Origin: an uncultured archaeon
GTDB lineage: Archaea > Iainarchaeota > Iainarchaeia > Iainarchaeales > CSSED10-239
NCBI GenBank assembly: GCA_964463155.1
Contig: CAYXAY010000007.1
Span: forward strand, 6,237-27,496
Direction of reading: 5' to 3'
Length of the DNA stretch: 21,260 nucleotides
Shown here: piece by piece, positions 1 to 10,034 of the stretch
Numbering within the stretch: the stretch's first letter is position 1
How the letters are laid out: each line of letters begins with the position of its first letter
Program-made: the position numbers and the translations under genes
Notes under the pieces: generated by a model
Seen by the model: the letters and a program-made list of their open reading frames with translations, nothing else
What the model was told of the DNA's origin: nothing
Databases searched by the model: none

Positions 1-25
1 CTGGGTTCAAATCCCAGCCTCTGCG
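1..25 (+). tRNA. 3' end of a tRNA gene truncated by the window edge (T-arm plus acceptor 3' strand); isotype undeterminable
   Basis: CTGGG-TTCAAAT-CCCAG T stem-loop at 1-17. It is followed by a 7-nt acceptor strand CCTCTGC, a discriminator, and a T-rich trailer. Confidence 0.6.
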
Positions 26-430
26 ATAGCTTTTCTTCAAAAGAAATCCCCGGAAAAGTAAGAGCTTTTTAAAAAAGAAAAGTATTTCATTCTAAAAGAA
101 AAACGGTTCTACTTAAAACAAAAACCATTTAAAGAAGGCATATCTTTTAGGTTAAGAGGTGGTTTTGATTCGTGCGTTTTAAAAATTAGAAAAAAACATA
201 AAAAACAGGCAGTGGTATGATGTTCCTTTTGTAAAGATGTCGGTTCTTTTCTCTACATTGATGATTGCTAAGTGGTGGCCAGATATCCTATGTCTTGATT
301 GGTATTATTATCTAACACCTTGAATTTTGTTTGCAATCATCCCATTAAATAAAGTCTTTAAAAAATAAGCTTTTCAAACAGAATATCTTTAAATATCTAA
401 TCATACACAATAATATCAAAAGTGATATTT

Positions 431-685
431 ATGAAAAGAGACGATCATGATAAGATTCTTCAAGAAGTAGTCTATGGAACAGGCGGAATACCGAAACCAG
501 AAATTGGGGCAGTTTCTGTTGACACAAGCAAAAGAAGAAGAAACGAACAGAATTTCTTTCAAAGACTATTTAGTCCAAGAAAGGTAGTTAGAAAAGCCCA
601 TAAGGCAAAAAAGCCAGGCTTCTTTGCAACTCTTTTTGATGGTCCAAAGTTTAGAAGAAAAGGCAAAGGCATAGATGGTTTCTAG
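431..685 (+). CDS. Hypothetical small basic protein (84 aa from the ATG; the ORF track starts at GTG 422)
   Basis: Open frame with an internal repeat FFxxLFxxxK (FFQRLFSPRK / FFATLFDGPKFRRK). A TATA-like CTTTAAATAT lies about 35-45 nt upstream of the ATG. No recognisable family. Confidence 0.3.
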   Translation: MKRDDHDKILQEVVYGTGGIPKPEIGAVSVDTSKRRRNEQNFFQRLFSPRKVVRKAHKAKKPGFFATLFDGPKFRRKGKGIDGF

Positions 686-874
686 AGGAATAAAATAGAA
701 GTTACAAACAAAGACATAGAAGACATCTTTGTTAGAAAACTAGAAATAAAACCAAAATCTATTTTTAACAGTCCCTAGATAATGTCCACAAGACTATTTA
801 TCTTCTTTAATCTCCGGCAGTATATTGCACATTTCTGTTCTGCTGAATGCCGAATAAATATTTTTAAACTATAT

Positions 875-1227
875 TACTTATAAATTTTTGCGGAGTTGTA
901 AAGTGTGGTAACTTCTGGATGCCAAGCATTCGCAGAACATTAATGTCAGTTAATAGCTCTGTTAAACGACGATAAGAACATTTGTGGCGTTCTTTTAATA
1001 TAAGCAAATATACGTGAACAAAGTTATTGTAAATTTGTTAGAGTACTTAGAAAAATGAAAAGGCAATCTAACTTCACAAAAAACGCGTTCAACTTGTTTG
1101 AAAAAGGTATTAAAACTTATCGGTTGTAATATATTTAACAGAAAACTTCAAAATATATATGTCGCAAGACAGATATGTTATTTATGTTACATAAAAATTA
1201 GGAGTAATAGCGGGTTTCTACAAGCCC
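875..1227 (-). mobile_element. Solo truncated copy (~350 bp) of the transposase-proximal end of the IS element found at 1463-2155
   Basis: Collinear with 1797-2155 with scattered substitutions, including a 70-nt exact run (1079-1148 = 2012-2081). Both copies end at the same GGGTTTCTACAAGCCC terminus (1212-1227 and 2140-2155), after which the sequences diverge. Confidence 0.75.
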
Positions 1228-1335
1228 GATATAATATTAAAAATGAATAATTTATAAACCCTTTTTATCCTTAATTATATTATAGTTAGTATTATACAAA
1301 TTCTAGCCGCGCGTTGACAAAGCGCAACCGGTCAT

Positions 1336-1417
1336 GCTAGGGTTCCCAAGCGGTCAAAGGGGCTAGACTCAAGATCTAGTGCTTAGTGCTTCGCAGGTTC
1401 GAATCCTGCCCTTAGCA
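1336..1417 (+). tRNA. tRNA-Leu (anticodon CAA), class II with long variable arm, no encoded CCA
   Basis: The 7-bp acceptor stem GCTAGGG/CCTTAGC contains one G-U pair, and the discriminator is A. The D-loop carries GG. The anticodon stem is CTAGA/TCTAG with loop CTCAAGA (T33, CAA, G37). There is a 13-nt variable region. The T-arm is GCAGG-TTCGAAT-CCTGC. Confidence 0.9.
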
Positions 1418-1462
1418 TTTTCTCTTTTTTGAAAATTATTTAATTAAATGGTCTTTTAATTT

Positions 1463-2155
1463 GGTTCTGTAGAAATCCTTTTACAATAATAATATTGTAA
1501 AAGAAATAGCTTTTTTGTTTTTACTCAGAGGTTCTAAATTATAGGTTAATACCTTTAGGATAATCTGCTTTTGCTGGTTATCCTGTTTAGTGGCAGTAAC
1601 AAACCCGCCGGTTGTTCGCTTGATTGCAGAGATTACTGATTCTACAATCGATCTTTTGTTATAAGATTTTGTTCTAAATCTTTTCATCGTTTTTATTCTA
1701 TTATCAGATACTGACTGATAACTCGGAAGCTTTCTAAACGGAATGTGCACGGTAATGTTGTTGCCCCAACAATATGCTAGTTTTTGTAAAATGTCTTTAC
1801 TTATTCTGCTTACAAATTTTTGTAGAGTTGTAAAGTGAGGTAATATCAGGATACTAAGCATTCGTAAAACATTTATGTCGTTTAACAACTCTGTTAAACG
1901 ACGATAAGAACATTTGTGTCGTTCTTTCAATATAAGCAAATATACGTGAACAAAATTGTTGTAAAGCTTGTTAGAGTACTTAGAAAAATGAGAAGGCAAT
2001 CTAACTTCGCCAAAAACGCGTTCAACTTGTTTGAAAAAGGTATTAAAACTTATCGGTTGTAATATATTTAACAGAAAACTTAAAAATATATGTGTCGTAA
2101 GACATATATGTTATTTATGTTGCAATTAAGGAGTATAGAGGGTTTCTACAAGCCC
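1463..2155 (-). mobile_element. Internally deleted (non-autonomous) IS4/IS5-type insertion sequence, ~690 bp
   Basis: Imperfect terminal inverted repeats: GGTTCTGTAGAAATCC (1463-1478) against the reverse complement of GGGTTTCTACAAGCCC (2140-2155), 12 of 16 matching. It encloses the transposase-remnant ORF. No target-site duplication is evident. Confidence 0.6.
1481..1999 (-). pseudogene. Truncated DDE transposase remnant (172 aa, TTG start in the ORF track)
   Basis: The C-terminus carries the IS4/IS5 Y-x2-R-x3-E-x6-K signature (YNKRSIVESVISAIK). The N-terminus has the SYRRL...PHFTTLQKF helix-turn-helix-like region typical of these transposases. At 172 aa it is too short to hold the two catalytic Asp regions, so an internal deletion is inferred. 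Confidence 0.55.
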
Positions 2156-2393
2156 AGAAAATAAACCAATATATTTATAAAGTTTTTGGTCTTTATAAAT
2201 ATTATATGCTCCTGTCTAGTTTAGTTATATTTGTGATTTTCTCAAAATTTTGGAAAAAAACAGACGATTTTTGTAAATTTAGTAGTTACAATACAGCTGT
2301 AGCTATAGGCCGATATTAGAAAAACTAACTATCCAGCCATCAGTGTTTACAAGTTTTAACAAGAGCAAACATTACAATTAAAGGTGTTAAGGT

Positions 2394-2813
2394 ATGCCAG
2401 GAATAAAGACAGACTACGGTTTAGAAGATGATTATAGCTTTGATGATATAGATATCAAACCAGCTAAAGAAGAAACCGAAGAAGAAAAGGTTTCTTTTGA
2501 CAGTTTTGATGATGACGAAGACGAAGAAGACCCAAAAGGCAAAGGCAAGAAAAAGAAAGTTAAGAAAAGAACAAGAAAAGTAAAGGAAGAGATAAAACAC
2601 TCTTACATCCCAAAGCACGAGATTGTTTCAACAGATCAACTTGAAAAACTAATTAACGAACAAAACATCAATCTAGAAAAATTACCACTAATTTATATTG
2701 CAGATCCAGGCATCGCTCACTTGGAAGTAAAGGTTGGTGATATCATAAAGATAACCAGAAAGAACAGAACTATCGGAGAGGTTATATATTATAGAAGAGT
2801 TATATTAGTTTAA
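2394..2813 (+). CDS. rpoH: DNA-directed RNA polymerase subunit H (Rpo5) with a ~65-aa N-terminal acidic/basic extension
   Basis: The C-terminal ~75 aa match the RpoH/Rpb5 C-domain pattern (IPKHEIVS..LPLIYIADPGIAHLEVKVGDIIKITR..IGEVIYYRRV). AGGTG Shine-Dalgarno sits about 10 nt upstream. The gene sits directly upstream of rpoB as in the canonical operon. Confidence 0.85.
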   Translation: MPGIKTDYGLEDDYSFDDIDIKPAKEETEEEKVSFDSFDDDEDEEDPKGKGKKKKVKKRTRKVKEEIKHSYIPKHEIVSTDQLEKLINEQNINLEKLPLIYIADPGIAHLEVKVGDIIKITRKNRTIGEVIYYRRVILV

Positions 2814-2833
2814 GTTTAAAAATGTGAAAAGTT

Positions 2834-4300
2834 ATGAAGAGTTTAGATAAATGGCCAGTAATTGAATCATATTATTATTTGCATAGTCCAGTTCAACAGC
2901 AGATTAATTCCTTTAATCAATTTATTGATGAGAAGGTTCCAGAGATTGTTGAAGAAAACGGATTTATTAGTTCAAGCAACAATGTTGATGTTACATTATC
3001 AAATGTAGAAATAACAAACCCACAGATTGTTGAAGCAGATAGAACCGCAAAGTTTAGATTAATGCCAATGGAAGCCAGACTTAGAAACCTAATCTACTCT
3101 GGTTCAATATATCTTGACATCAAGCTTTACAGAAAAGGAGTACTTCAAGACGAAAAAAGAGCTTATGTTGGAGAAATGCCAATACTTGTAAAGTCAAATA
3201 GATGTAACCTTTATGGTTTGTCTCCTGATGAATTGATAGAGAATGGAGAAGACCCAATGGATAAAGGAGGTTATATGATCATCAATGGTTCAGAGAAAGC
3301 ATTAATCACTCAAGAAGTTCTTGCATTTGACAGGATTCTTTTAAATGACGATGAAGAAGTAACAAATGCACAAGTAATTTCTGTTAAAGGAGCATTCAAA
3401 GGAAAAGTAAGAATATCAAGAACACAAGACGGATTATTCACAGTAACCTTTCCATCCTCACCAAGAAAACTAATGTTTATAGAGTTATTAAACGCAATCG
3501 GTTATATAAAACCAAACCATATCTTAGAGTTGTTCCCAAAAGAACAAATAATTCAAAATGAAGTTCTTTTAAATTTAGACAAAGTAGAACTACAATCAGA
3601 AGAAGACGCTTTAGACAAGATTGGTAGATCAGTTGCACCATCTCAAACAAAAACATACAGACTAAGAAGAGCAAAAGAAGTAATTGATTCTTTCTTGTTA
3701 CCGCACCTAGGTCAAGAAAAAGATGCAAGGACAATGAAGGCGCATTTCTTGGTTGCAATGGCTGTTAAGATTATAGAAAAAGCATATCACTTAAGACCAC
3801 AGGCAGATAAAGACCATTATGCAAACAAAAGATTAGAGCTTTCAGGAAAATTAATGGAAAATCTTTTTAGATTCTCATTTAAACATTTTACAAAAGACTT
3901 AAAGTTCCAGATTGACAGAACAATCTCAAGACACAGAAAACTAAACATTAACACCGTTATTAGACCTGATGCCATAACAGAAAGAATAATGTTTGCAGTA
4001 AGCACTGGAAACTGGATTGGTCAATTGACTGGAGTTAGTAAATACATGTCAAGAGACAACTTCTTAACACCAATAACAGACCTAAGAAGAGTAAAGTCAA
4101 CTTTAGATTCATCAAGAGAACTTTATGAAGCAAGAGATGTTCACGGAACACATTGGGGAAGACTTTGCCCAATTGAAACACCAGATGGACCAAACTGTGG
4201 GCTTGTTAAAAACTTGTCAATGATGGCAAAGATTACAACAGACACAGACCCTGAAGGAATAAAAAAAATATTAAAAAATGAGGGTGTCACTTCTGACTAA
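2834..4300 (+). CDS. rpoB2: DNA-directed RNA polymerase subunit B'' (N-terminal half of split Rpo2)
   Basis: Rpb2-family motifs GGYMIINGSEKALITQE, DKDHYANKRLELSGKLMENLFR and HGTHWGRLCPIETPDGPNCGLVKNLS. It ends where split archaeal B''/B' genes divide. Confidence 0.95.
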   Translation: MKSLDKWPVIESYYYLHSPVQQQINSFNQFIDEKVPEIVEENGFISSSNNVDVTLSNVEITNPQIVEADRTAKFRLMPMEARLRNLIYSGSIYLDIKLYRKGVLQDEKRAYVGEMPILVKSNRCNLYGLSPDELIENGEDPMDKGGYMIINGSEKALITQEVLAFDRILLNDDEEVTNAQVISVKGAFKGKVRISRTQDGLFTVTFPSSPRKLMFIELLNAIGYIKPNHILELFPKEQIIQNEVLLNLDKVELQSEEDALDKIGRSVAPSQTKTYRLRRAKEVIDSFLLPHLGQEKDARTMKAHFLVAMAVKIIEKAYHLRPQADKDHYANKRLELSGKLMENLFRFSFKHFTKDLKFQIDRTISRHRKLNINTVIRPDAITERIMFAVSTGNWIGQLTGVSKYMSRDNFLTPITDLRRVKSTLDSSRELYEARDVHGTHWGRLCPIETPDGPNCGLVKNLSMMAKITTDTDPEGIKKILKNEGVTSD

Positions 4301-4327
4301 ATTAAAAATATTTAAGAGTGAAATAAT

Positions 4328-6148
4328 ATGGCAAAATCAAGAGCAAAAGTTTATGTTAATGGTGGAATTGTTGGTTTCCACGACGACCCCGAAAAATTAA
4401 GAGTAGATTTACTTAAGAAAAGAAGAGCATTACAGATTGAACCACAGATAAATATAGCTTTTAATGAAACAACAAATGAAATCTATATCAATACAGATGC
4501 AGGAAGAGTGCAAAGACCAGTAATTGTTATTGACAAAGGACAATCAAGAGTAACACCAGAGATTGTTGAAGACTTAAAATCAAAAAAACTTTCTTGGCAA
4601 GACCTTCTAGCTAAAGGAATTGTTGAGTTTTTGGATGCTGAGGAAGAAGAAAATTCCTATATCGCATTAACAGAAGACGAAATAACTCCTGATCACACCC
4701 ATCTAGAGATTTCTGGAACAGCAATCTTTAGTATTGTTTCATCAATGATACCATTTATTGAGCATAATATGGCTGGAAAAGCAATTCATGGTGCAAAGCT
4801 TTACAAGCAGGCGATCGGGGTTCCTGCTTCAAACTATAACTTAAGATTTGACACAGAAATGCATTGCTTATATTATCCACAAAAGCCATTAGTTTATACA
4901 AGAACGTCAAGATTACTTCATATGGAAAAAAGACCAATGATACAAAATGCAATTGTTGCAATCATGCCTTACAAGGGTTTTAATATGCTTGATGCTTTCA
5001 TAATTAACCAAGGGGCAATACAAAGAGCAATGTCAAGATCATCATATTACAGATCATACTCACAATCTGAAACCAGGTATCCTTCTGGACAAACAGACAA
5101 ATTCTGTATACCTACAGAAGACGCAAGTGGATTTAGAGGAGAACGCGCTTATGCTAATCTTGATGAAAACGGAATAATCAATGTTGAATCAAAGATATCA
5201 GAAGGTGGAGTAGTTATTGGAATGACATCTCCTCCAAGATTTGTTGAAGAAGTTTCAGAGTTTGGAGTTGTTACAGAAGAAAGAAGAGACACTTCTGTTT
5301 GCTCAAGAAAACACCTTGACGGTTTTGTTGACAGAGTAATGATTTCAGAAACAATTGCTGGAACAAAGCTATGTAAGGTTAGAATTAGAACATACTTAGA
5401 GCCACAGGTTGGAGACAAATTCACAAGTCATCATGCGCAGAAAGGTGTTGTTGGTGCCGTGATTAAAGAAGAAGACATGCCTTTTACAGCAAACGGAATA
5501 AAGCCAGACTTTATTTTAAACCCACACTCAGTCCCTTCAAGAATGACTCTTGGTCACTTGTTTGAAACAATAACAGGAAAGACTGTTGCAGCAAGTGGAA
5601 AAACAATTGATGGTACTGCATTTTGCAACGACAAAAATGAAATTTTTAAATTACTTCAAGAATATGGTTTTAGACCTGATGGTAAAGAAACATTTTATGA
5701 TGGGAAGACTGGAGAAAAAATAGAAATGCCAATATTTGTTGGTCCTCTTGGTTTTGAAAGACTTCAAACACACTTAGTTGTTAACAGAATACAAGCAAGA
5801 GACAAAGGTCCAGTACAATTATTAACAAGACAACCAACTGAAGGAAAACAAAAAGGTGGAGGACTAAGGTTTGGTGAAATGGAAGGCGAAGCTTTAGTTG
5901 CCCACGGTGCAGCAATGACGCTTCAGGAAAAGCTAATGGAAGATGCAGACGAAATGAACATCATGGTTTGTGAAGACTGTGGAATACCAGCAGTTGACGA
6001 TAAGATAAGAAACAAGAAGTTCTGTCCAGTATGTAATGGAACAAATGTTCACCAAGTAAAGATTAGTTATGGTTTCAAATTACTTCTTGACGAACTAAAA
6101 GCAATGGGAGTATATCCAAAATTAGTACTTGGAGATAAAATAGATTAA
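4328..6148 (+). CDS. rpoB1: DNA-directed RNA polymerase subunit B' (C-terminal half of split Rpo2)
   Basis: Motifs PSRMTLGHLFE and GGLRFGEMEGEALVAHGAA, plus the C-terminal zinc ribbon CEDCG...CPVCNG. Confidence 0.95.
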   Translation: MAKSRAKVYVNGGIVGFHDDPEKLRVDLLKKRRALQIEPQINIAFNETTNEIYINTDAGRVQRPVIVIDKGQSRVTPEIVEDLKSKKLSWQDLLAKGIVEFLDAEEEENSYIALTEDEITPDHTHLEISGTAIFSIVSSMIPFIEHNMAGKAIHGAKLYKQAIGVPASNYNLRFDTEMHCLYYPQKPLVYTRTSRLLHMEKRPMIQNAIVAIMPYKGFNMLDAFIINQGAIQRAMSRSSYYRSYSQSETRYPSGQTDKFCIPTEDASGFRGERAYANLDENGIINVESKISEGGVVIGMTSPPRFVEEVSEFGVVTEERRDTSVCSRKHLDGFVDRVMISETIAGTKLCKVRIRTYLEPQVGDKFTSHHAQKGVVGAVIKEEDMPFTANGIKPDFILNPHSVPSRMTLGHLFETITGKTVAASGKTIDGTAFCNDKNEIFKLLQEYGFRPDGKETFYDGKTGEKIEMPIFVGPLGFERLQTHLVVNRIQARDKGPVQLLTRQPTEGKQKGGGLRFGEMEGEALVAHGAAMTLQEKLMEDADEMNIMVCEDCGIPAVDDKIRNKKFCPVCNGTNVHQVKISYGFKLLLDELKAMGVYPKLVLGDKID

Positions 6149-6165
6149 GTTTATGGGTTGATAAG

Positions 6166-8757
6166 ATGAACACATCAAAGAAAATAAAAAGCATTGAATT
6201 TGGAGTATTAAGTCCAGAGATGATTAGAAAGATGTCTGCTGTTGAAATCTCAAGAGCAGAAACTTACGACAAGGACGGTTATCCTATTGAAAGAGGACTA
6301 ATGGACCCGCACCTTGGAATTATTTCTCCGGGTTTGAGATGTAAGACATGTGGACAGACAATGAAGAATTGTCCAGGCCATTTTGGTTCATTAGAACTGA
6401 TTAGACCAGTAATTCATCCAAAGTTTGGTGAAAAGCTTTACTATGTTCTTGCGTCAACCTGTCAGGAATGTGGAAGAATGCTTCTTGATGATGAGGAAGT
6501 AAATGAATTGATGTTGATCTCTGAAGACACAGACAAATGCGTTAAAGAAATACTTAACAGAGTAAAAGGCGAAAAAAAATGCCCACATTGTAAAGCAGCA
6601 GTTAACAAAATAGCTCTTGACAAACCAACAAATTTTTTCAAAAACGGAGAAAGACTTTATCCTGCCGAAATTCTTGATTGGTTAGTAAAGATATCAGACA
6701 AAGATCTTTTCTTGTTTGGTTATTCAGACAAACTAAAACCACAATGGTTTATTGTTACTGTTCTTCCAATATCTCCAGTTTCAATAAGACCATCTTTGTC
6801 TTTAGAAAACGTAATAACTTCTGAAGATGATCTAACTTACAAATTGCTTGACATTGTTAGAATAAACACGAGATTACAAGAAAACATTAATGCTGGAGCT
6901 CCACAGATAATCATTGAAGACCTTTGGGATCTTTTACAATATAACATAACCACTTATATTGACAACAACACCGCGGGCGTTCCACCAGCAAAGCAAAGAT
7001 CAGGAAGACCACTTAAAACAATAGCTCAAAGACTAAAAGGAAAGAAAGGAAGATTTAGATATAACCTTATTGGTAAAAGAGTAAACGCCTCCGCTCGTTC
7101 AACAATCACACCATCTGTTGATATCAAATTTAATGAGCTTGGTATTCCAGAGTATGTTGCAAATACTTTAACTGTTCCTGAAAAGATAACTGCTTGGAAC
7201 AAAGAAAAAATAAAAGACTATATACTTAAAGGAAAAGTAAGTTATCTTCTAACAGAAAAGGGACTAAGAAAAATAATAACTCCTGAAAACAGAGAAGAAC
7301 TTGCAGATACAATAACAGAAGGAATGACTGCAAAACGAAAATTGCAAGACGGAGACATCGTAGTATTCAACAGACAGCCAACTCTTCATAGAATATCAAT
7401 GATGGGGCATTATGCAAAAGTCCTTCCTGGAAGAACATTTAGACTAAACCCAATAACCTGTGATCCATACAATGCTGATTTTGACGGTGACGATATGAAT
7501 CTTCATGTTCCTCAAAGCGAAGAATCATATGCTGAAGTTAAAGAGCTTATGGTTGCAGACAAACATGTTATAAGTATTAGAAACGGAAAGCCAGTTATTG
7601 CTCCAGACCATGACCTTCTTTCAGGAGCCTATCTATTAACAAGAGTATCAACTGAATTTTCCAGAAAAGAAGCAATGAATATGTTATATTCTATCGGCAT
7701 AACTGAACTTCCAACAGCAGACAGAGGAAGAGGATATTATTCAGGAAAACTACTGTTTAGCCAAATACTTCCAAAAGGACTATCAATTGCTTACAAGAAC
7801 AAGCTTTGTGGTATTGTTTCAAAAGCAAAAGACTGTAAAAAATGTAAAAAAGAAAAATGTGCTTACGATTGTTATCTTAAGATAGAAAAAGGGAAAATTC
7901 TTTGCGGAGTAATTGATGAAAGAATTGGTTCACACAAAGGCCTTATTGAAACAATCTATAGACACTTTGGAGCAGAGGAATTAACTGAATTCTATTATAA
8001 GTTTTCAAAACTAGTGTTCTTTGCAATAAACAAACAAGGTTTGACTGTTGCTCTTGACGAATACAAGGCAGGCGAAGAACTACAAAAAGAAATAAGAGCA
8101 AAAGTAAAAGGAATGATGGCAAGTTCAAATGCAATCATTAAGAAATTTGAAGACAGAAGCTTACAATTAATACCAGGGAAAAACCTTGAAGAAACATTTG
8201 AAAGCGAGATATTAAATGTTACTGGCGAAATGAAAGAAAAGATATCAGATAAGATTCAAGAATTAAAGCTTGAAGAGCTTATGTCAGAAACAAAGAAATC
8301 AAACAACAACACAATACTAGTTGCAAGTATTGGCGGGGGTCGTGGAAGATTACTAAATGTTGTTAACATGCTGGGACTTTGGGGGCAAGTAACTGTTAGA
8401 ACAGGAAGACCAAAAGCAGGATTTTCAGAAAGACTATTAAGTTTAAGTCCAAAAGGAACAAACCAAGTAATTGATTTTGGATTTGTACAAAGCAATTTCT
8501 TTGATGGAATGAATCCAAGAGAATATTTCATACACGCTATTGGCGGAAGACAAGGTGAAATAGACACCGGTGTTGCAACTAAAGTTTCTGGTTATCTTTA
8601 CAGAAGACTATCAAATGCACTTAAAGACCTTGTTGTTAATGATGAATTAAAAGTTACATCGGCTGATGGTCAAGTAATACAATTTATGTATGGAGAAGAC
8701 GGTCTTTCCCCAGAAAAAGCATATCTTGGAAAGAACATAAACTTTTTCAATGAGTAA
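6166..8757 (+). CDS. rpoA1: DNA-directed RNA polymerase subunit A' (Rpo1N)
   Basis: N-terminal zinc sites CKTCGQTMKNCPGHFG and CQECG...CPHCK, then NRQPTLHRISMMGH and the catalytic YNADFDGDDMNLH. Confidence 0.95.
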   Translation: MNTSKKIKSIEFGVLSPEMIRKMSAVEISRAETYDKDGYPIERGLMDPHLGIISPGLRCKTCGQTMKNCPGHFGSLELIRPVIHPKFGEKLYYVLASTCQECGRMLLDDEEVNELMLISEDTDKCVKEILNRVKGEKKCPHCKAAVNKIALDKPTNFFKNGERLYPAEILDWLVKISDKDLFLFGYSDKLKPQWFIVTVLPISPVSIRPSLSLENVITSEDDLTYKLLDIVRINTRLQENINAGAPQIIIEDLWDLLQYNITTYIDNNTAGVPPAKQRSGRPLKTIAQRLKGKKGRFRYNLIGKRVNASARSTITPSVDIKFNELGIPEYVANTLTVPEKITAWNKEKIKDYILKGKVSYLLTEKGLRKIITPENREELADTITEGMTAKRKLQDGDIVVFNRQPTLHRISMMGHYAKVLPGRTFRLNPITCDPYNADFDGDDMNLHVPQSEESYAEVKELMVADKHVISIRNGKPVIAPDHDLLSGAYLLTRVSTEFSRKEAMNMLYSIGITELPTADRGRGYYSGKLLFSQILPKGLSIAYKNKLCGIVSKAKDCKKCKKEKCAYDCYLKIEKGKILCGVIDERIGSHKGLIETIYRHFGAEELTEFYYKFSKLVFFAINKQGLTVALDEYKAGEELQKEIRAKVKGMMASSNAIIKKFEDRSLQLIPGKNLEETFESEILNVTGEMKEKISDKIQELKLEELMSETKKSNNNTILVASIGGGRGRLLNVVNMLGLWGQVTVRTGRPKAGFSERLLSLSPKGTNQVIDFGFVQSNFFDGMNPREYFIHAIGGRQGEIDTGVATKVSGYLYRRLSNALKDLVVNDELKVTSADGQVIQFMYGEDGLSPEKAYLGKNINFFNE

Positions 8758-8787
8758 ATAAACTGAAATTAAAAAAAATGTGATAAA

Positions 8788-9960
8788 ATGAAAGCGTTGC
8801 CAATTACAATTGTTGAAAAAATAGAGAAATATGCATATATGAAAAAACTTAGTAATGATAAGAAGAAAAGACTTCTTGATGTTACAACTAAGAAATACAA
8901 TGATGGGCTTGTTGTACCAGGAGACGCGGTAGGACTTATCGCAGCCCAGTCTATCGGAGAACCAGGAACTCAGCTAACTTTAAGAACAAAACACTATGCA
9001 GGTTCTTTAGAAGTTTCGGTAGGCCAAGGAATACAAAGGGTTATAGAGATTGTTGATGCAAGATCACAAGCAAGATATTCATCAATGAAGATTTATCTTG
9101 ATAGAGACAAACTAAAAAGAGAAAAAGACGTTGATGAGTTCTGTAAGAATCTTGTTGATGTAAAGGTTATAGATGTTGGAACATTTGTTGAAGATTTCTC
9201 TGAAAAATTGGTATCCTATAAGTTTGACTCAGAAAAAGCAGAGATACATGGAGTAAGCCAAGAGGAAGTCATGGATAGCATCTATGAAAAAATAGAAGAC
9301 ACTTACGATTCTAAAAGATTTACAAACAACAAGCAACAAATAAATTTCCATTTTGGGAACAAAACTCCTCTGTATAATATTAGAAAAGCAATATTAAAGT
9401 GGAACAAGATTCCCTTGTGTGGTGTCAAAGGAATAGAAAAAGCAGTTATAATTGAGGAAAACAGAGAAAAGGTAATACATACAAAAGGTTCAAACCTTAA
9501 GGAAGTTTTAAAACTTGAAGGAGTAGACACTTATAGAACATTTACAAACGACATCTTTGAGATATACAAGGCATTTGGTGTTGAATCCGCAAGAGAAGCA
9601 ATTGTTAAAGAGCTTAAATACACATTTGATACAAACGGAATTGCAATAAATATTAGACACATTTATATCCTCGCAGACATGATGACTTCCTCAGGAACAA
9701 TACAAGGAGTTGTAAGAACAGGTATTACCGGAAAGAAAAAAAGCCCATTTGCAAGAGCTGCATTTGAAGAGACTATTAAGCATATTATTACTGCAGCATT
9801 TAATGGAGAAGTTGAAGGTCTAGTGGGCGTTACAGAAAACATAATCGTTGGACAGCCAATTTCAGCAGGAACCGGAAAGGTAAGATTAACTCTTGATGCA
9901 AAAGGCCTGGAAAAAATGATTAAGGCCCGGGCATTACAGGATAAGAAGACAGAAGAGTGA
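8788..9960 (+). CDS. rpoA2: DNA-directed RNA polymerase subunit A'' (Rpo1C)
   Basis: Trigger-loop region [28 protein letters not shown]. Size and position immediately after rpoA1 fit. Confidence 0.95.
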   Translation: MKALPITIVEKIEKYAYMKKLSNDKKKRLLDVTTKKYNDGLVVPGDAVGLIAAQSIGEPGTQLTLRTKHYAGSLEVSVGQGIQRVIEIVDARSQARYSSMKIYLDRDKLKREKDVDEFCKNLVDVKVIDVGTFVEDFSEKLVSYKFDSEKAEIHGVSQEEVMDSIYEKIEDTYDSKRFTNNKQQINFHFGNKTPLYNIRKAILKWNKIPLCGVKGIEKAVIIEENREKVIHTKGSNLKEVLKLEGVDTYRTFTNDIFEIYKAFGVESAREAIVKELKYTFDTNGIAINIRHIYILADMMTSSGTIQGVVRTGITGKKKSPFARAAFEETIKHIITAAFNGEVEGLVGVTENIIVGQPISAGTGKVRLTLDAKGLEKMIKARALQDKKTEE

Positions 9961-10034
9961 TTTATAATATTTTTGTAGCTAAAATATATTAGTAATTCTA
10001 TTCAAAGTAAATAAAAAAGGAAAGTGAAAAAAAT

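Noticed and set aside
258-310. TGATGA (C-box-like) sequence near 258 as a possible C/D box sRNA
   Set aside because: There is no CTGA D or D' box at the appropriate spacing and no terminal stem.
731-750. Possible left terminal repeat (TTGTTAGAAAAC) for the truncated IS copy at 875-1227
   Set aside because: It only loosely resembles the TGTAGAAA core, and the sequence between 750 and 875 shows no similarity to the interior of the longer copy. Copy A is better described as truncated.
1055-1129. Small + strand ORF (MKRQSNFTKNAFNLFEKGIKTYRL) present in both IS copies (also near 1988-2062)
   Set aside because: It is conserved only because the IS DNA is duplicated. It lies antisense to, or upstream of, the transposase 5' region and has no Shine-Dalgarno.
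1305-1335. GC-rich 30-nt block (AGCCGCGCGTTGACAAAGCGCAACCGGTCAT) directly 5' of tRNA-Leu, considered as a split-tRNA half or trans-splicing leader as in Nanoarchaeum
   Set aside because: The adjacent tRNA-Leu is complete with all four arms, and the block cannot be folded into a tRNA half (no D-loop GG, no acceptor complement). It is most simply a transcribed 5' leader removed by RNase P.
2421-2618. Antisense ORF (65 aa) opposite the rpoH extension, and similarly 10196-10585 (-) opposite the L30e tail
   Set aside because: Both are F/S-rich mirror images of Lys/Glu low-complexity coding sequence on the + strand. They lie fully inside well-supported genes and have no start context.
7807-7905. 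Cys-rich segment in RpoA' (CGIVSKAKDCKKCKKEKCAYDC...CG) as a novel metal-binding insertion
   Set aside because: My recollection is that euryarchaeal-type RpoA' proteins carry a Cys-containing segment at this position, just before the conserved GVIDxxxG region. It is therefore probably ancestral rather than novel, though I cannot verify this without an alignment.
3477-9530. Antisense ORFs inside RNA polymerase genes (3477-3758, 3817-4005, 4755-4961, 5149-5424, 7943-8134, 8256-8567, 9303-9530, all on the - strand)
   Set aside because: They are embedded in strongly conserved + strand genes, are Leu/Ser/Phe-rich as is typical of antisense frames, and show no motifs.
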